Source: Nitrospirota bacterium
GTDB taxonomy: Bacteria; Nitrospirota; Thermodesulfovibrionia; SZUA-242
Direction: 5' to 3'
DNA: 64,000 bases
Assembly (NCBI GenBank): GCA_027021335.1
Contig: JALUUO010000088.1
Span: forward strand, 37,916 to 101,915
Shown here piece by piece: positions 20,928 through 30,339 of this stretch. Every line of letters starts with the position of its first letter. The stretch's first letter is position 1. The position numbers and the translations under genes were made by a program. The notes below the pieces were generated by a model that worked only from the letters and a program-made list of their open reading frames with translations, was not told the origin of the DNA and did no database searches.

Positions 20928-21638
20928 CTAGTTAAGGTTAAGGTCAGGCAGAACATCACTATCGAACTTGAGAGATCCGAAGTACTCAGCAATAGAACTG
21001 CGATAAACTCCTATTGTTTTAAAAGCGTCCTGGGCCAATAGGAATCGCTGACGGGCCGTTATCATTCCATCACCGGCTTTAAGCTCTGCAAGAAACTCTT
21101 TGTACTGGCTGGGCGAACTCAGAACGGCCACGCTGGGCCAGTTCTTGGCGGCAGCCATGATCATGGTAGGACCGCCTATGTCGATATTTACCCTTGCTGT
21201 CTCCGCGGTGGCACCATCCCTTTTAACCGCCTCATTAAAGGGATATAGGTTGCCTGCCAGAATATCGAAGTAAACACCGTTCATTTCCTCTTTTGTTGCA
21301 GGAAGAATGTTTTCAAGATAGTCCTCGTGCGCAGGATTGCCTCTTTCAGCAAGAAGGCCGGCGTGAATCTTAGGGTGAAGGGTTTTGACCAGCCCGCCTT
21401 CCATCTCAGGAGCTCCTGTGAACAACTCGACAGGCATATAGTTTTTTCCGGCGTGGTCGCCAAGAATTTCTGATATCTTCTTTCCTGTTCCACCGGTTGA
21501 GTAGAACACGATCGCTGGATTTAACTCGAGCAATCCTCTGACCAGGTCTTCAAGGCCCGACTTATCAAACACACTCACCAATACATGGCGAGGCTTTATT
21601 TTATCGATAATTTTGTACTTGTTTTCCCTGATACTCAA
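20928..21638 (-). CDS. Stand-alone PurH N-terminal (MGS-like IMP cyclohydrolase) domain
   Basis: LVSVFDKSG, STGGT, VKTLHPKIHAGLL, NLYPF, IDIGGPTM..AAAKN; ends before the transformylase domain. Confidence 0.92.
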   Translation of the reverse strand: MSIRENKYKIIDKIKPRHVLVSVFDKSGLEDLVRGLLELNPAIVFYSTGGTGKKISEILGDHAGKNYMPVELFTGAPEMEGGLVKTLHPKIHAGLLAERGNPAHEDYLENILPATKEEMNGVYFDILAGNLYPFNEAVKRDGATAETARVNIDIGGPTMIMAAAKNWPSVAVLSSPSQYKEFLAELKAGDGMITARQRFLLAQDAFKTIGVYRSSIAEYFGSLKFDSDVLPDLNLN

Positions 21639-21642
21639 GCTC

Positions 21643-21831
21643 TTATCCCTTAACGACTTTACCTGAGCGGATGCAGCGTGTGCAGGCGTAAACCCTTTTT
21701 GTGGTGCCGTTTCCGGACGAAATCCTTACACGATGTATGTTAGGTTTAAAAACTCTTTTTGTCTTGTTATTGGCATGACTCACATTGTTGCCAACCATTC
21801 TCATTTTTCCGCAAACACTACAGACAGCCAT
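21643..21831 (-). CDS. rpmB: 50S ribosomal protein L28
   Basis: MAVCSVCGK...[16 protein letters not shown]...CTRC; start placed at ATG 21831, with AGGAGG upstream. Confidence 0.97.
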   Translation of the reverse strand: MAVCSVCGKMRMVGNNVSHANNKTKRVFKPNIHRVRISSGNGTTKRVYACTRCIRSGKVVKG

Positions 21832-21918
21832 TGTAAAATGACCTCCTCTCAAAAAGCCTCGTTGTTAAGCAGATTTAAAACCGTTAAAGCGATGATCGTT
21901 GATATTCACAGAGAGATA

Positions 21919-22194
21919 ATGATAACATTACTCAATTTGGTTTTACAAGCATCGATCAGAACCTGTATAGGTTGTGGCCGCAAACGTTCCAAGAACGAAT
22001 TAGCGCGTTTTGTTTTGGCCGGCGAAAAAGTTGTGTTTGATCCGGCAATGCGCCTGCCGGGGCGTGGAGTTTATATATGTCCGGCAGAGGAATGTTTATT
22101 GAAAGGGATCAGTGCTAAAGCTTTAAGCCGGTCTTTTAGACGAAAAATCAAGCCTGAAATTGTTTCAGTGCTTAAATCTGTGATGATTAAGTAA
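21919..22194 (+). CDS. ylxR: YlxR/RnpM (DUF448) family RNA-binding protein
   Basis: RTCIGC...L.RFV...PGRGVYIC...C; directly upstream of infB; start uncertain (ATG 21919 or TTG 21937). Confidence 0.88.
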   Translation: MITLLNLVLQASIRTCIGCGRKRSKNELARFVLAGEKVVFDPAMRLPGRGVYICPAEECLLKGISAKALSRSFRRKIKPEIVSVLKSVMIK

Positions 22195-22239
22195 TGCTAA
22201 GTATAATGTGTTTAGGTGTAAGTGGGGTAAATAGCGTAG

Positions 22240-24849
22240 ATGGCAAAAATTCGGGTACATGAACTTGCAAAAAAACTGGCGATAGATAATAAGAGTATTC
22301 TTGCCGCCTTGGAAAAACTCGGTGTTACTGGGAAGTCGCATTCTTCAAGTCTTGATGAGCACCTTATTAATAAAGTAAAAAGGGTTCTTTTAGGTTATGA
22401 AGTAGAGGCCGAACCTCAAGCCGTTCAAGCTCCTGTTAGAAAAAAGAAGACTAAAATAAAAGAAGATAAGCCCGAAGTCGAGGCGCCGAAAGCCGAGGCG
22501 CCTAAAGTTGAGGCTTCGAAAGTTGAAGAGAAAACACAGCTGAAGAAGGCGGTTAAAAAACAGGTTGAAGAAAAGCCTGCCACACAGGCACCTGTATCCA
22601 AGACTGAAAAGAAGTCAACAAAAAAGAAGGTTGTTATCAAGCTGGCCGAAGTGCAGGCCGCCGCCAGAATGGAAAACCAAGCACCACAGAAATTCGAAGA
22701 CCTTTCGAAAATCCAGGAGTCGTTGGCAAAAGCGGTGTCAACAGCAGCTACGGCTTTGAAAAAAGAAAATATTGAACAGGTCGAAGAATTGACGACCGAT
22801 AACGAGAAAACGGCTGATGAAGTTCGGAAGGAAAAATTGAAAAATCAACTAGCTAAAGAAGTTTCTAAAGAAAAACTCCAGAAATTCAGTGGCAAAACCT
22901 TCGAAACTCTTCAGCAAGTACAGACACGGGGAAGATCCTCAAGTGGAGCAGGGCTTCAGCCCACATTTCCCAGGGGACGTGGACGAAGACGTCCGGTCAA
23001 AGGTCGTAGACCCTCTTTTGCGCAGCAAGGCTCCAAGCAGCAAAAAAACGGCCCTACGGTCTCCACAGCAGCCCCTAGAAAAAAGGATATCAGGTTCCGT
23101 GAAGGCACAACGGTTAAGGAATTTGCCGAACTTATTGGTCAAAAAGTTAATGATATCATCAGAAGCCTGATGGACTTGGGGCAGATGGCTACGCTAAACC
23201 AGCCTCTGGATGCTGATGCGGCACAACTTATTGCAGAGAACTTTGGCATCAAGATAGAGCCGGTGGCTGTGGAAACAGAAGCAACAATAATTGCAGGGGC
23301 TGTTGACGACGAGGAATCTCTCAAGTCCCGCTCACCGGTAGTGACTGTTATGGGACATGTTGACCATGGTAAAACTTCACTTCTGGATGTTATAAGAAAA
23401 ACGCGTGTGACCGAGGGTGAGGCCGGAGGTATTACTCAACATATAGGTGCATACCGGGTTCCTATCAAGGACCGTTACATAACATTTTTGGATACACCGG
23501 GCCACGCGGCTTTCACGGCTATGCGGGCGCGTGGAGCCAACCTGACAGATATCGTAATACTTGTTGTGGCAGCGGATGACGGTGTTATGCCGCAGACCAT
23601 AGAGGCTATTGATCATTCTCGGGCGGCAGATGTGCCTATTGTTGTTGCAATCAATAAGGTAGATAAACCTGAAGCCAACCCGGATAAAGTAAAGGCGGAA
23701 CTGGCCGAGTACGGCCTCACCCCAGAGGAGTGGGGCGGCAATACCATCTTCTGCGAGGTATCGGCCAAGGAGAATACCGGTATTGAGCAGATGCTCGAAA
23801 TGGTTCTTCTACAGGCGGATGTGCTGGAGCTTAAAGCCAACCCGGACCGTCCGGCCAGCGGCACCGTAATCGAAGCGCGTCTGGACCGTGGACGTGGCCC
23901 GGTAGCTACAATGCTTGTACAGACGGGCACACTGAAAACCGGCGACGTAGTTCTTACAGGAACTATGTTTGGAAAGGTGAAGACCTTAAACAATGATACC
24001 GGTACAAAGATCGACTCGGCAGGTCCTTCGGTTCCGGTTGAAGTTATGGGTATTTCGGGTGTTCCATCAGCCGGAGATCCCTTTGTAGTGCTGGATGATG
24101 AGAGAAAGGCCCGCCAGATCGCTATGAGCCGTGAAGAGAAACAGAAAGCCAAGGAGATGCTACATAAGCCGAAACTCTCGCTAGAGGATCTTTTCAGCCA
24201 GATACAGAAGGGCGAAGTTCAGGATCTAAATATCTTGGTGAAAGGTGATGTTCATGGATCCGTGGAGGCTGTACAGAACTCTCTGCTTGAAATCACACAT
24301 CCCGAGGTTAAGGTAAATATTATTCATGCTCTAACAGGCGGAATAACCGAAAGTGATGTTATGCTCGCCAAAGCCTCTAACGCCATCATAATAGGTTTTA
24401 ACGTAAGGCCTGAGCTTAAAGCCAGGCATCTGGCGGAAAGAGAAGGGGTGGATATAAGGTTATACAATGTAATTTATAAGGCTGTTGATGATATAAAACA
24501 GGCACTGGAAGGCATGCTTGCGCCAACTCTGGTCGAAAAAGTTCTGGGTCGGGCCGAAGTACGGCAGACATTCCAGGTGTCCCGCCTTGGAGTGATAGCC
24601 GGCTCATATGTTTTGGACGGCATAATAAGCCGTAAATGCTCTGGAATTCGTGTTATACGAGACAACGTTGTAATTTACGATGGCAAACTGGGCTCGCTTA
24701 AGCGTTTCAATGACGATGCAAAGGAAGTTAATACTGGCTACGAGTGTGGTATCACGATAGAGAACTTCAATGATATAAAAGTTGGTGATATTCTCGAAAA
24801 TTACATAATAGAATCTGTAGCCACGAAGTTCGAAGAACAAAACAGCTAA
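22240..24849 (+). CDS. infB: Translation initiation factor IF-2
   Basis: [28 protein letters not shown]. Confidence 0.99.
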   Translation: MAKIRVHELAKKLAIDNKSILAALEKLGVTGKSHSSSLDEHLINKVKRVLLGYEVEAEPQAVQAPVRKKKTKIKEDKPEVEAPKAEAPKVEASKVEEKTQLKKAVKKQVEEKPATQAPVSKTEKKSTKKKVVIKLAEVQAAARMENQAPQKFEDLSKIQESLAKAVSTAATALKKENIEQVEELTTDNEKTADEVRKEKLKNQLAKEVSKEKLQKFSGKTFETLQQVQTRGRSSSGAGLQPTFPRGRGRRRPVKGRRPSFAQQGSKQQKNGPTVSTAAPRKKDIRFREGTTVKEFAELIGQKVNDIIRSLMDLGQMATLNQPLDADAAQLIAENFGIKIEPVAVETEATIIAGAVDDEESLKSRSPVVTVMGHVDHGKTSLLDVIRKTRVTEGEAGGITQHIGAYRVPIKDRYITFLDTPGHAAFTAMRARGANLTDIVILVVAADDGVMPQTIEAIDHSRAADVPIVVAINKVDKPEANPDKVKAELAEYGLTPEEWGGNTIFCEVSAKENTGIEQMLEMVLLQADVLELKANPDRPASGTVIEARLDRGRGPVATMLVQTGTLKTGDVVLTGTMFGKVKTLNNDTGTKIDSAGPSVPVEVMGISGVPSAGDPFVVLDDERKARQIAMSREEKQKAKEMLHKPKLSLEDLFSQIQKGEVQDLNILVKGDVHGSVEAVQNSLLEITHPEVKVNIIHALTGGITESDVMLAKASNAIIIGFNVRPELKARHLAEREGVDIRLYNVIYKAVDDIKQALEGMLAPTLVEKVLGRAEVRQTFQVSRLGVIAGSYVLDGIISRKCSGIRVIRDNVVIYDGKLGSLKRFNDDAKEVNTGYECGITIENFNDIKVGDILENYIIESVATKFEEQNS

Positions 24850-24942
24850 CAAGGGTAACATCAAACACTCTTTTTATTGCTGTAGCCCCAGAGGGATATT
24901 CCGGCTTTTTGTCTGTTTTTTGCAGGCCTTGTCGATATAGTT

Positions 24943-24966
24943 GGTGGCATGACAGTTCATGCCACC
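24943..24966. terminator. Perfect hairpin between convergent genes, possible terminator
   Basis: GGTGGCATGA-CAGT-TCATGCCACC, a 10-bp stem; no strong U-tract on either strand. Confidence 0.5.
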
Positions 24967-25006
24967 TTATCCTTGCTGAAAATACTCAATACGGCAAAAT
25001 CCGAGA

Positions 25007-25657
25007 TTACTTGTTCTGAGTAAGTATACTCTTTAAAATAGTTATAACATTATTTTTGAAAGAATCAATATTATGATCAACCGCGTGCGGGTTTGTCATT
25101 ATATTGCCGGCAATTATTAAAGTAGGTGTTTCGTCAACCTTGTATATCTTGGCCATATCCAGGTTTTTCTGAGCCTCTTGAGCTTTATCTCCTGCTTTTA
25201 GCCTGCGGCCGAAATCATGGTCAAGACCTATTTCACTGCCGATGCTCTCCAGTACATTAATATCCGCAATATTTTTCTGTTCAATCATTTGCGCTCTAAA
25301 AAGTGCTTTTTTCATCTGCTCGCCTTTTCCTGCCTCTTCCGCCAAAAGGTAGGCTTCTCCTGGTTTGGGAGATCCGTGCTCGCCCCAATAGATAGGGATA
25401 ATTTTCCATATGATTTTTTTAGGAAAGTTTCCCTTTATCACCGGAATCGCTCTTTCAAACTCGTAACATGTATGACAGTAAAAACTCATAAACTCTATTA
25501 CTTCAACAGTTTTGCCGTCAAATTTAAACTTTTCTCCTTCCAGTACGGTATGAATGCCCTCTATAGCAGGGGGCGTGGATTCGCTGGCCTTACAGGAAAA
25601 CAACATAGGCAATAAGGCAAATGATATCATTAATACAACTATTTTTTTCTGCAACAT
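25007..25657 (-). CDS. DsbA-family thiol:disulfide oxidoreductase, probable lipoprotein
   Basis: VIEFMSFYCHTC (CxxC), cis-Pro motif ETP, lipobox-like LFSC. Confidence 0.85.
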   Translation of the reverse strand: MLQKKIVVLMISFALLPMLFSCKASESTPPAIEGIHTVLEGEKFKFDGKTVEVIEFMSFYCHTCYEFERAIPVIKGNFPKKIIWKIIPIYWGEHGSPKPGEAYLLAEEAGKGEQMKKALFRAQMIEQKNIADINVLESIGSEIGLDHDFGRRLKAGDKAQEAQKNLDMAKIYKVDETPTLIIAGNIMTNPHAVDHNIDSFKNNVITILKSILTQNK

Positions 25658-25687
25658 TTTATCCTCCGTGTTTTTACTTTTAAAAAG

Positions 25688-26866
25688 TTAGTGTTTAATT
25701 TTTTTAAGGTAAATGGAATAGTTAAAATCAGGGCTGCTGCTTTTTGTGTGACACCTCAGGCAGACAGATTTTGTTACGGGCTTCATTCGTTTAGAATAGT
25801 CTAACAGGTGCTCTATACCCAGTCCGTGACAGGCTTCGCACTGTACATTTGAGAGCCAGGGTGTTGTCTCGGTACTCGAAAATCCGCCATTTTCCCTAAA
25901 CCCGACGGTATGACATTCCAGGCACTCAGGATTTGCTGACTTACCCGCTTGTTCAAGGCTTGAAAATGCCTTGGCATGACGTGTTTTTCTCCAACTTTCC
26001 ATAAAAGGCTGATGGCACTCTGCGCATTTTGAGGCGCCGAGATATGTTTTTTCTGTCAGAGGTTTTTCCATCTTCTTTAGCAGTTGAGCGACCTTAGTGT
26101 CATAATCAGTCATGAGACTACGAACTCTTTCATCTTCTATGCTGTCATTGCCTAGGGATTGCCAACGGTGCTCAAAGCCCAGGACACTTCCGGCATTATC
26201 TGCTTGGATTGTTAAAATGCCCAGCTTTTTCCCTTTAGGGTAACCGGATACAATAATTGTATTATTGGTTTGCAAGGGAACATTAATTATTTCACCTGAG
26301 GAAGTAATTATAACATCCCATCCATTTATAAGTTTAGCATCTGAAACCGAAAGACTGGTAAGTAAGATGTTTAGCATATCTTTACGGTGTTTTGCCGGTG
26401 CAGTGCTTATATTTATACTAAAGCCTGCTCGTTCTACTGTAACCGATTGATTATATAATGATAAGTTAGAAACAACCGGTATTTTATATTCACTTAAAAT
26501 CTGCCGGAAAAAAACTTCCGGCAACCTTTTCTCCTTTTCAGAAAATGCGACTGCATCATACTGAATAAGGTTGAAGGCTTTCAACATGGCTTCTGTTTTC
26601 AACCTTCCCTGTGGCGTGTTCTTATCTGAGAAGTTACCTGAGTCCAACAAAATATATGGAGAAAGTTCATCTTTATGCTTCTTCAGATAGCCGGATGTCC
26701 TCGGCATGCCTCCAAAATCGGTCTTTGGCGAACAGCCGCATGGTTCAAGCTCGCCTTCTATGTTTCCGGTGTAAATAATGTTTATTTTCAGACTCTTGCC
26801 ATGCACTACGGCCGGCAGCAGAATTAGCTGCATGAAAAGGGATATAAATATAAGGTTCAATCTCAT
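25688..26866 (-). CDS. Exported 5'-nucleotidase(UshA)-like domain fused to a c554-like tetraheme cytochrome c
   Basis: Signal peptide; YTGNIEGELEPCGC...GGMPR...LDSGNF; four CxxCH motifs (CAECH, CLECH, CEACH, CLRCH) in the C-terminal ~115 aa. Confidence 0.85.
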   Translation of the reverse strand: MRLNLIFISLFMQLILLPAVVHGKSLKINIIYTGNIEGELEPCGCSPKTDFGGMPRTSGYLKKHKDELSPYILLDSGNFSDKNTPQGRLKTEAMLKAFNLIQYDAVAFSEKEKRLPEVFFRQILSEYKIPVVSNLSLYNQSVTVERAGFSINISTAPAKHRKDMLNILLTSLSVSDAKLINGWDVIITSSGEIINVPLQTNNTIIVSGYPKGKKLGILTIQADNAGSVLGFEHRWQSLGNDSIEDERVRSLMTDYDTKVAQLLKKMEKPLTEKTYLGASKCAECHQPFMESWRKTRHAKAFSSLEQAGKSANPECLECHTVGFRENGGFSSTETTPWLSNVQCEACHGLGIEHLLDYSKRMKPVTKSVCLRCHTKSSSPDFNYSIYLKKIKH

Positions 26867-26873
26867 GATTGTA

Positions 26874-28178
26874 TCAATACGGATAAAATATGAAAAACAG
26901 CATGGATAATGCTGCCAGTATCCATAACCCTAATGAAACTTCTTTAACCCTCCCTGAGAACAACTTCACCAAAGGGTATATAACAAACCCTGCTGTCATA
27001 CCTACACCTATATTATATGTGAAACTCATAAGAATAATGATACAGAAGGCCGGAATAACTTCGGTCAGGTCATCGAATTGTATATCTTTAATATGGGATA
27101 ACATAAGCATGCCGACTATTATTAATGCCGGGCCATATGCATATGAGGGAATTACAGTCAGAAAGGGCGTAAAAAAAAGAGCCGTAAGAAACAGAAACGC
27201 CGTAATAACTGATGTTAATCCAGATCTACCTCCTGATTCTATTCCTGTGGCCGATTCAATATATGTTCCGGTAGTTGTTGTTCCTAAAAGGGAGGCGACT
27301 ATTGTAGCTAAAGAATCACAAAGCATGGGTTTCTCAATATCAGGAAGGTTTTCATTTTCATCAAGCAGGTTAGCCCTGTAAGATAATCCTATTAATGTCC
27401 CCATAGTATCTACAAAGTCCATAACAAAGACTGTTAAAATAACCGCAAAAAATCCCCAGTTCAGCGCTCCTAGTATATCTAGTTGTAAAAAAATAGGAGT
27501 TATGCTGGGAGGCATACTGACCCAGTTGTCAGGCGTTGGAACCAGTCCTATAAAAAATGCGGTAAAAGTTACTGCAAGAATCCCTAACAGTATTGCCCCT
27601 TTTACTCTTTTAATCATGAGAATGGTGATAAGGAAGAAGCCGGAAAATGCTAGTATTACGGTTGGATCCTTTAAGTTTCCTACATGTACCGGAGCGCCAT
27701 GCACCCCTAACCTTACGATGCCTGTTTCGTTCAAGCCTATAAAGGTGAGAAACAGTCCAATACCGACGACAAAACCTATTTTGAGGTCTTTTGGGATGGA
27801 TACTGCCAGCCAACTACGTATTTTGAGGACCGTTATAATTGTAAAAAAGAGACCTCCAATGAATATCGCCCCTATAGCGGTCTGCCAACTATATCCAAGA
27901 ACTTTTACGACGGTAAATGCTATAAAAGCATTTTCACCCATATACGGTGCTATTGCGAATGGCCTTTTGGCATAGACACCCATTGCCAGAGTTCCGAAAA
28001 AAGAGCTGATAATAGTTGCGACCATAGAGGGCCCAAATGGAATGCCTGCGGCTTCGAGTATTTTAGGGTTAACGATAATAATATACGCCATAGTAACAAA
28101 TGTCGTAACACCGGCTAATACTTCCTGCTTAACACTTGTTCCAAGCTCATCAAGTTTAAAATATTTTTTAATTAACAT
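26874..28178 (-). CDS. NCS2/AzgA-family purine permease
   Basis: AGVTTFVTMAYIIIVNP, APYMGENAF, GIGLFL, YIESATGI..GGRSGLT. Confidence 0.93.
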   Translation of the reverse strand: MLIKKYFKLDELGTSVKQEVLAGVTTFVTMAYIIIVNPKILEAAGIPFGPSMVATIISSFFGTLAMGVYAKRPFAIAPYMGENAFIAFTVVKVLGYSWQTAIGAIFIGGLFFTIITVLKIRSWLAVSIPKDLKIGFVVGIGLFLTFIGLNETGIVRLGVHGAPVHVGNLKDPTVILAFSGFFLITILMIKRVKGAILLGILAVTFTAFFIGLVPTPDNWVSMPPSITPIFLQLDILGALNWGFFAVILTVFVMDFVDTMGTLIGLSYRANLLDENENLPDIEKPMLCDSLATIVASLLGTTTTGTYIESATGIESGGRSGLTSVITAFLFLTALFFTPFLTVIPSYAYGPALIIVGMLMLSHIKDIQFDDLTEVIPAFCIIILMSFTYNIGVGMTAGFVIYPLVKLFSGRVKEVSLGLWILAALSMLFFIFYPY

Positions 28179-28284
28179 AATTTTACCTTCTGTCGTGCCA
28201 TGTTAAGAGTTGTAATTCTATCAAATACGCGCTGTTTTATGGTGGGAGGATGCTGTTTTTTGTGATAAATTGCTCAAATTCAGT

Positions 28285-28312
28285 TAAAGTCGCCTTGTGT
28301 ATTTGACGATAA
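28285..28312 (+). promoter_or_regulatory. Putative sigma28 (FliA) promoter of the hybrid-kinase operon
   Basis: TAAA-N16-GACGATAA versus consensus TAAA-N15/16-GCCGATAA. Confidence 0.55.
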
Positions 28313-28368
28313 ATGAAAAAAACTTTGAACTGTTTTTAACTCTGAATTATTTTTAACTAATTGATATC

Positions 28369-30339
28369 ATGAGTGATTTACCTACCATAAAAGTTTTGAT
28401 CATAGAGGATAATCCGGGGGATGCATCTCTACTGAGCCGTATGCTTTCAGAAGTAACCAACCAGAGCTTTGAGCTTGTTTTTAGCGACAAGGTATCTAAA
28501 GGGTTGGAGTATCTTTCTGAGGGCGGTTTTGGCGTTGTAATTCTGGAGCTTTCGATGGCGGATATTCCGCAACATGACATGATAGGCGTTTTTCAGACTC
28601 AATTTCCTCATGTTCCGGTAATAGTGATTACCGACCAGAATGTTGATGCTCACGCCTTCCAGGTTGTAAGACAGGGTGCGCAGGATTACCTGGTTAAGAA
28701 CGAACTGGATGGCTTAATGCTGGCAAGATCCATACGTTACGCGATCGAGCGACAGCTGACGATCGAAGCATTGAGAGTTAGTGAGGCGAGGTTAAGCCTG
28801 ATCATGCGTGGTACCAGAGACGGAATCTGGGACTGGAACCTATTGACAGGAGAGTTTTACTTATCACCACGCTGGCTCGAAATGATTGGATATAAGGAGC
28901 ATGAGATCAAGAATAACTTTGTCGGTTTTCATAAGTTAATACATCCTGACGATTTGGGAGGCGCTCTTGATGCTTGGATTGGCGGCATGCAGGGAGAACT
29001 CGATTCATTTTCTGTAGAGTATCGTCTTCAAACGAAGCAGGAAGACTACATATGGGTTCAGAGCCGAGGGCTGGTGTTGCGTGACGCAAAAGGCAGTCCC
29101 ATCAGGCTCGCCGGATCGAACACGGATGTCACTGAGCGTAAGAGGTTTGAGGTCGAACTCTTGAAAGCCAGGCACTCGGCCGAGGCTTCCAGCCGGGCAA
29201 AAAGTGAATTTTTGGCCAACATGAGTCATGAGATACGTACGCCGATGAACGGTATTATCGGTATTACCGACTTGTTGATGGAGACCGAACTGACCGGAGA
29301 GCAGAGAGAGTATGTGGAGATGCTAAAGGGATCTGCCGACTCTCTTTTATCTATTATCAACGATATTTTAGATCTTTCCAAAATCGAAGCTGGAAAATTT
29401 GAACTGGATACCTCCGCTTTCAAACTTCGTGACTGTATAAAGGATGTTTTGGTTATAGGTGCGGTTAGTGCATCAAAAAAGGGGCTGCAACTTACAACTG
29501 ATATAGCTTCTGATGTGCCTGACTCGATTGTGGGCGATCAAGGATCTGTCAAGCAGGTCTTGATTAACCTTGTAGGCAATGCTGTGAAATTCACCGAAAA
29601 AGGCAGTGTGTCGATCTGTGTGAGCAGGCAGGAGTGTGGTGCCGGGTGGATTACCCTTCATTTCAGCGTAGCTGATACAGGGATAGGCATTCCTGAAGAA
29701 CATCAGCGGAAGATATTCGATATTTTCACGCAGGCTGACTCTTCCACAACGCGCAAGTACGGAGGAACAGGACTTGGCCTCTCGATATGCTCCCGTTTGG
29801 TGCAGATGATGAAAGGGGAAATATGGGTTGAGAGTAAACCTGGAAATGGAAGCTCTTTTCATTTCACTGCAAGTTTTGGCCTTGTTCATGAAGCCGCTTC
29901 CGAGGCCCGGCAGGTTGATGCTAAAGAGGCGGATAGCGCTGAAGAAAAAAAGCCGGGTCTTAATATTCTTGTTGCTGAAGACAATTTTGTGAATCAGAAA
30001 CTTGCTACCGCCCTGCTTCAAAAAGCGGGCCATAGTGTGACCATAGCCTCAAACGGCAGGGTGGCTGTTGATGAAATAGAAAGTAAACAATTTGATCTTG
30101 TTTTTATGGATGTGCAGATGCCGGAGATGGATGGATACCAGGCAACTCGCATCATACGGGAACGTGAGAAAGGGACGGAAGAGCGTATTCCGGTAATTGC
30201 ACTTACGGCGCATGTTATGAAGGGCGACAGGGAGCGTTGCATAAACGCCGGAATGGACGAATACTTATCAAAGCCCCTTAAGAAAAAGGATGTACTGGAT
30301 CTCATAGATAGACTGTTTCCAAACGGTGCAGGTAAATGA
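28369..30339 (+). CDS. Cytoplasmic hybrid histidine kinase (REC-PAS-HisKA-HATPase-REC)
   Basis: [15 protein letters not shown]-box, NAVKFT, DTGIGI, GGTGLGL; PAS region (DGIWDW...IHPDD); C-terminal REC with FMDVQMP. Confidence 0.95.
   Translation: MSDLPTIKVLIIEDNPGDASLLSRMLSEVTNQSFELVFSDKVSKGLEYLSEGGFGVVILELSMADIPQHDMIGVFQTQFPHVPVIVITDQNVDAHAFQVVRQGAQDYLVKNELDGLMLARSIRYAIERQLTIEALRVSEARLSLIMRGTRDGIWDWNLLTGEFYLSPRWLEMIGYKEHEIKNNFVGFHKLIHPDDLGGALDAWIGGMQGELDSFSVEYRLQTKQEDYIWVQSRGLVLRDAKGSPIRLAGSNTDVTERKRFEVELLKARHSAEASSRAKSEFLANMSHEIRTPMNGIIGITDLLMETELTGEQREYVEMLKGSADSLLSIINDILDLSKIEAGKFELDTSAFKLRDCIKDVLVIGAVSASKKGLQLTTDIASDVPDSIVGDQGSVKQVLINLVGNAVKFTEKGSVSICVSRQECGAGWITLHFSVADTGIGIPEEHQRKIFDIFTQADSSTTRKYGGTGLGLSICSRLVQMMKGEIWVESKPGNGSSFHFTASFGLVHEAASEARQVDAKEADSAEEKKPGLNILVAEDNFVNQKLATALLQKAGHSVTIASNGRVAVDEIESKQFDLVFMDVQMPEMDGYQATRIIREREKGTEERIPVIALTAHVMKGDRERCINAGMDEYLSKPLKKKDVLDLIDRLFPNGAGK

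Noticed and set aside
22470-22530. Short EAPK-type repeats in the IF-2 N-terminus
   Set aside because: Ordinary low-complexity linker of IF-2
26725-26750. Selenocysteine in the UshA-like CxC motif
   Set aside because: The codons are TGC-GGC-TGT, both Cys, and the ORF has no in-frame TGA
24945-28200. 11-bp inverted match (TGGCATGACAG / CTGTCGTGCCA) flanking the AT-richer block
   Set aside because: It has one mismatch, does not extend, and no transposase is present; compatible with chance
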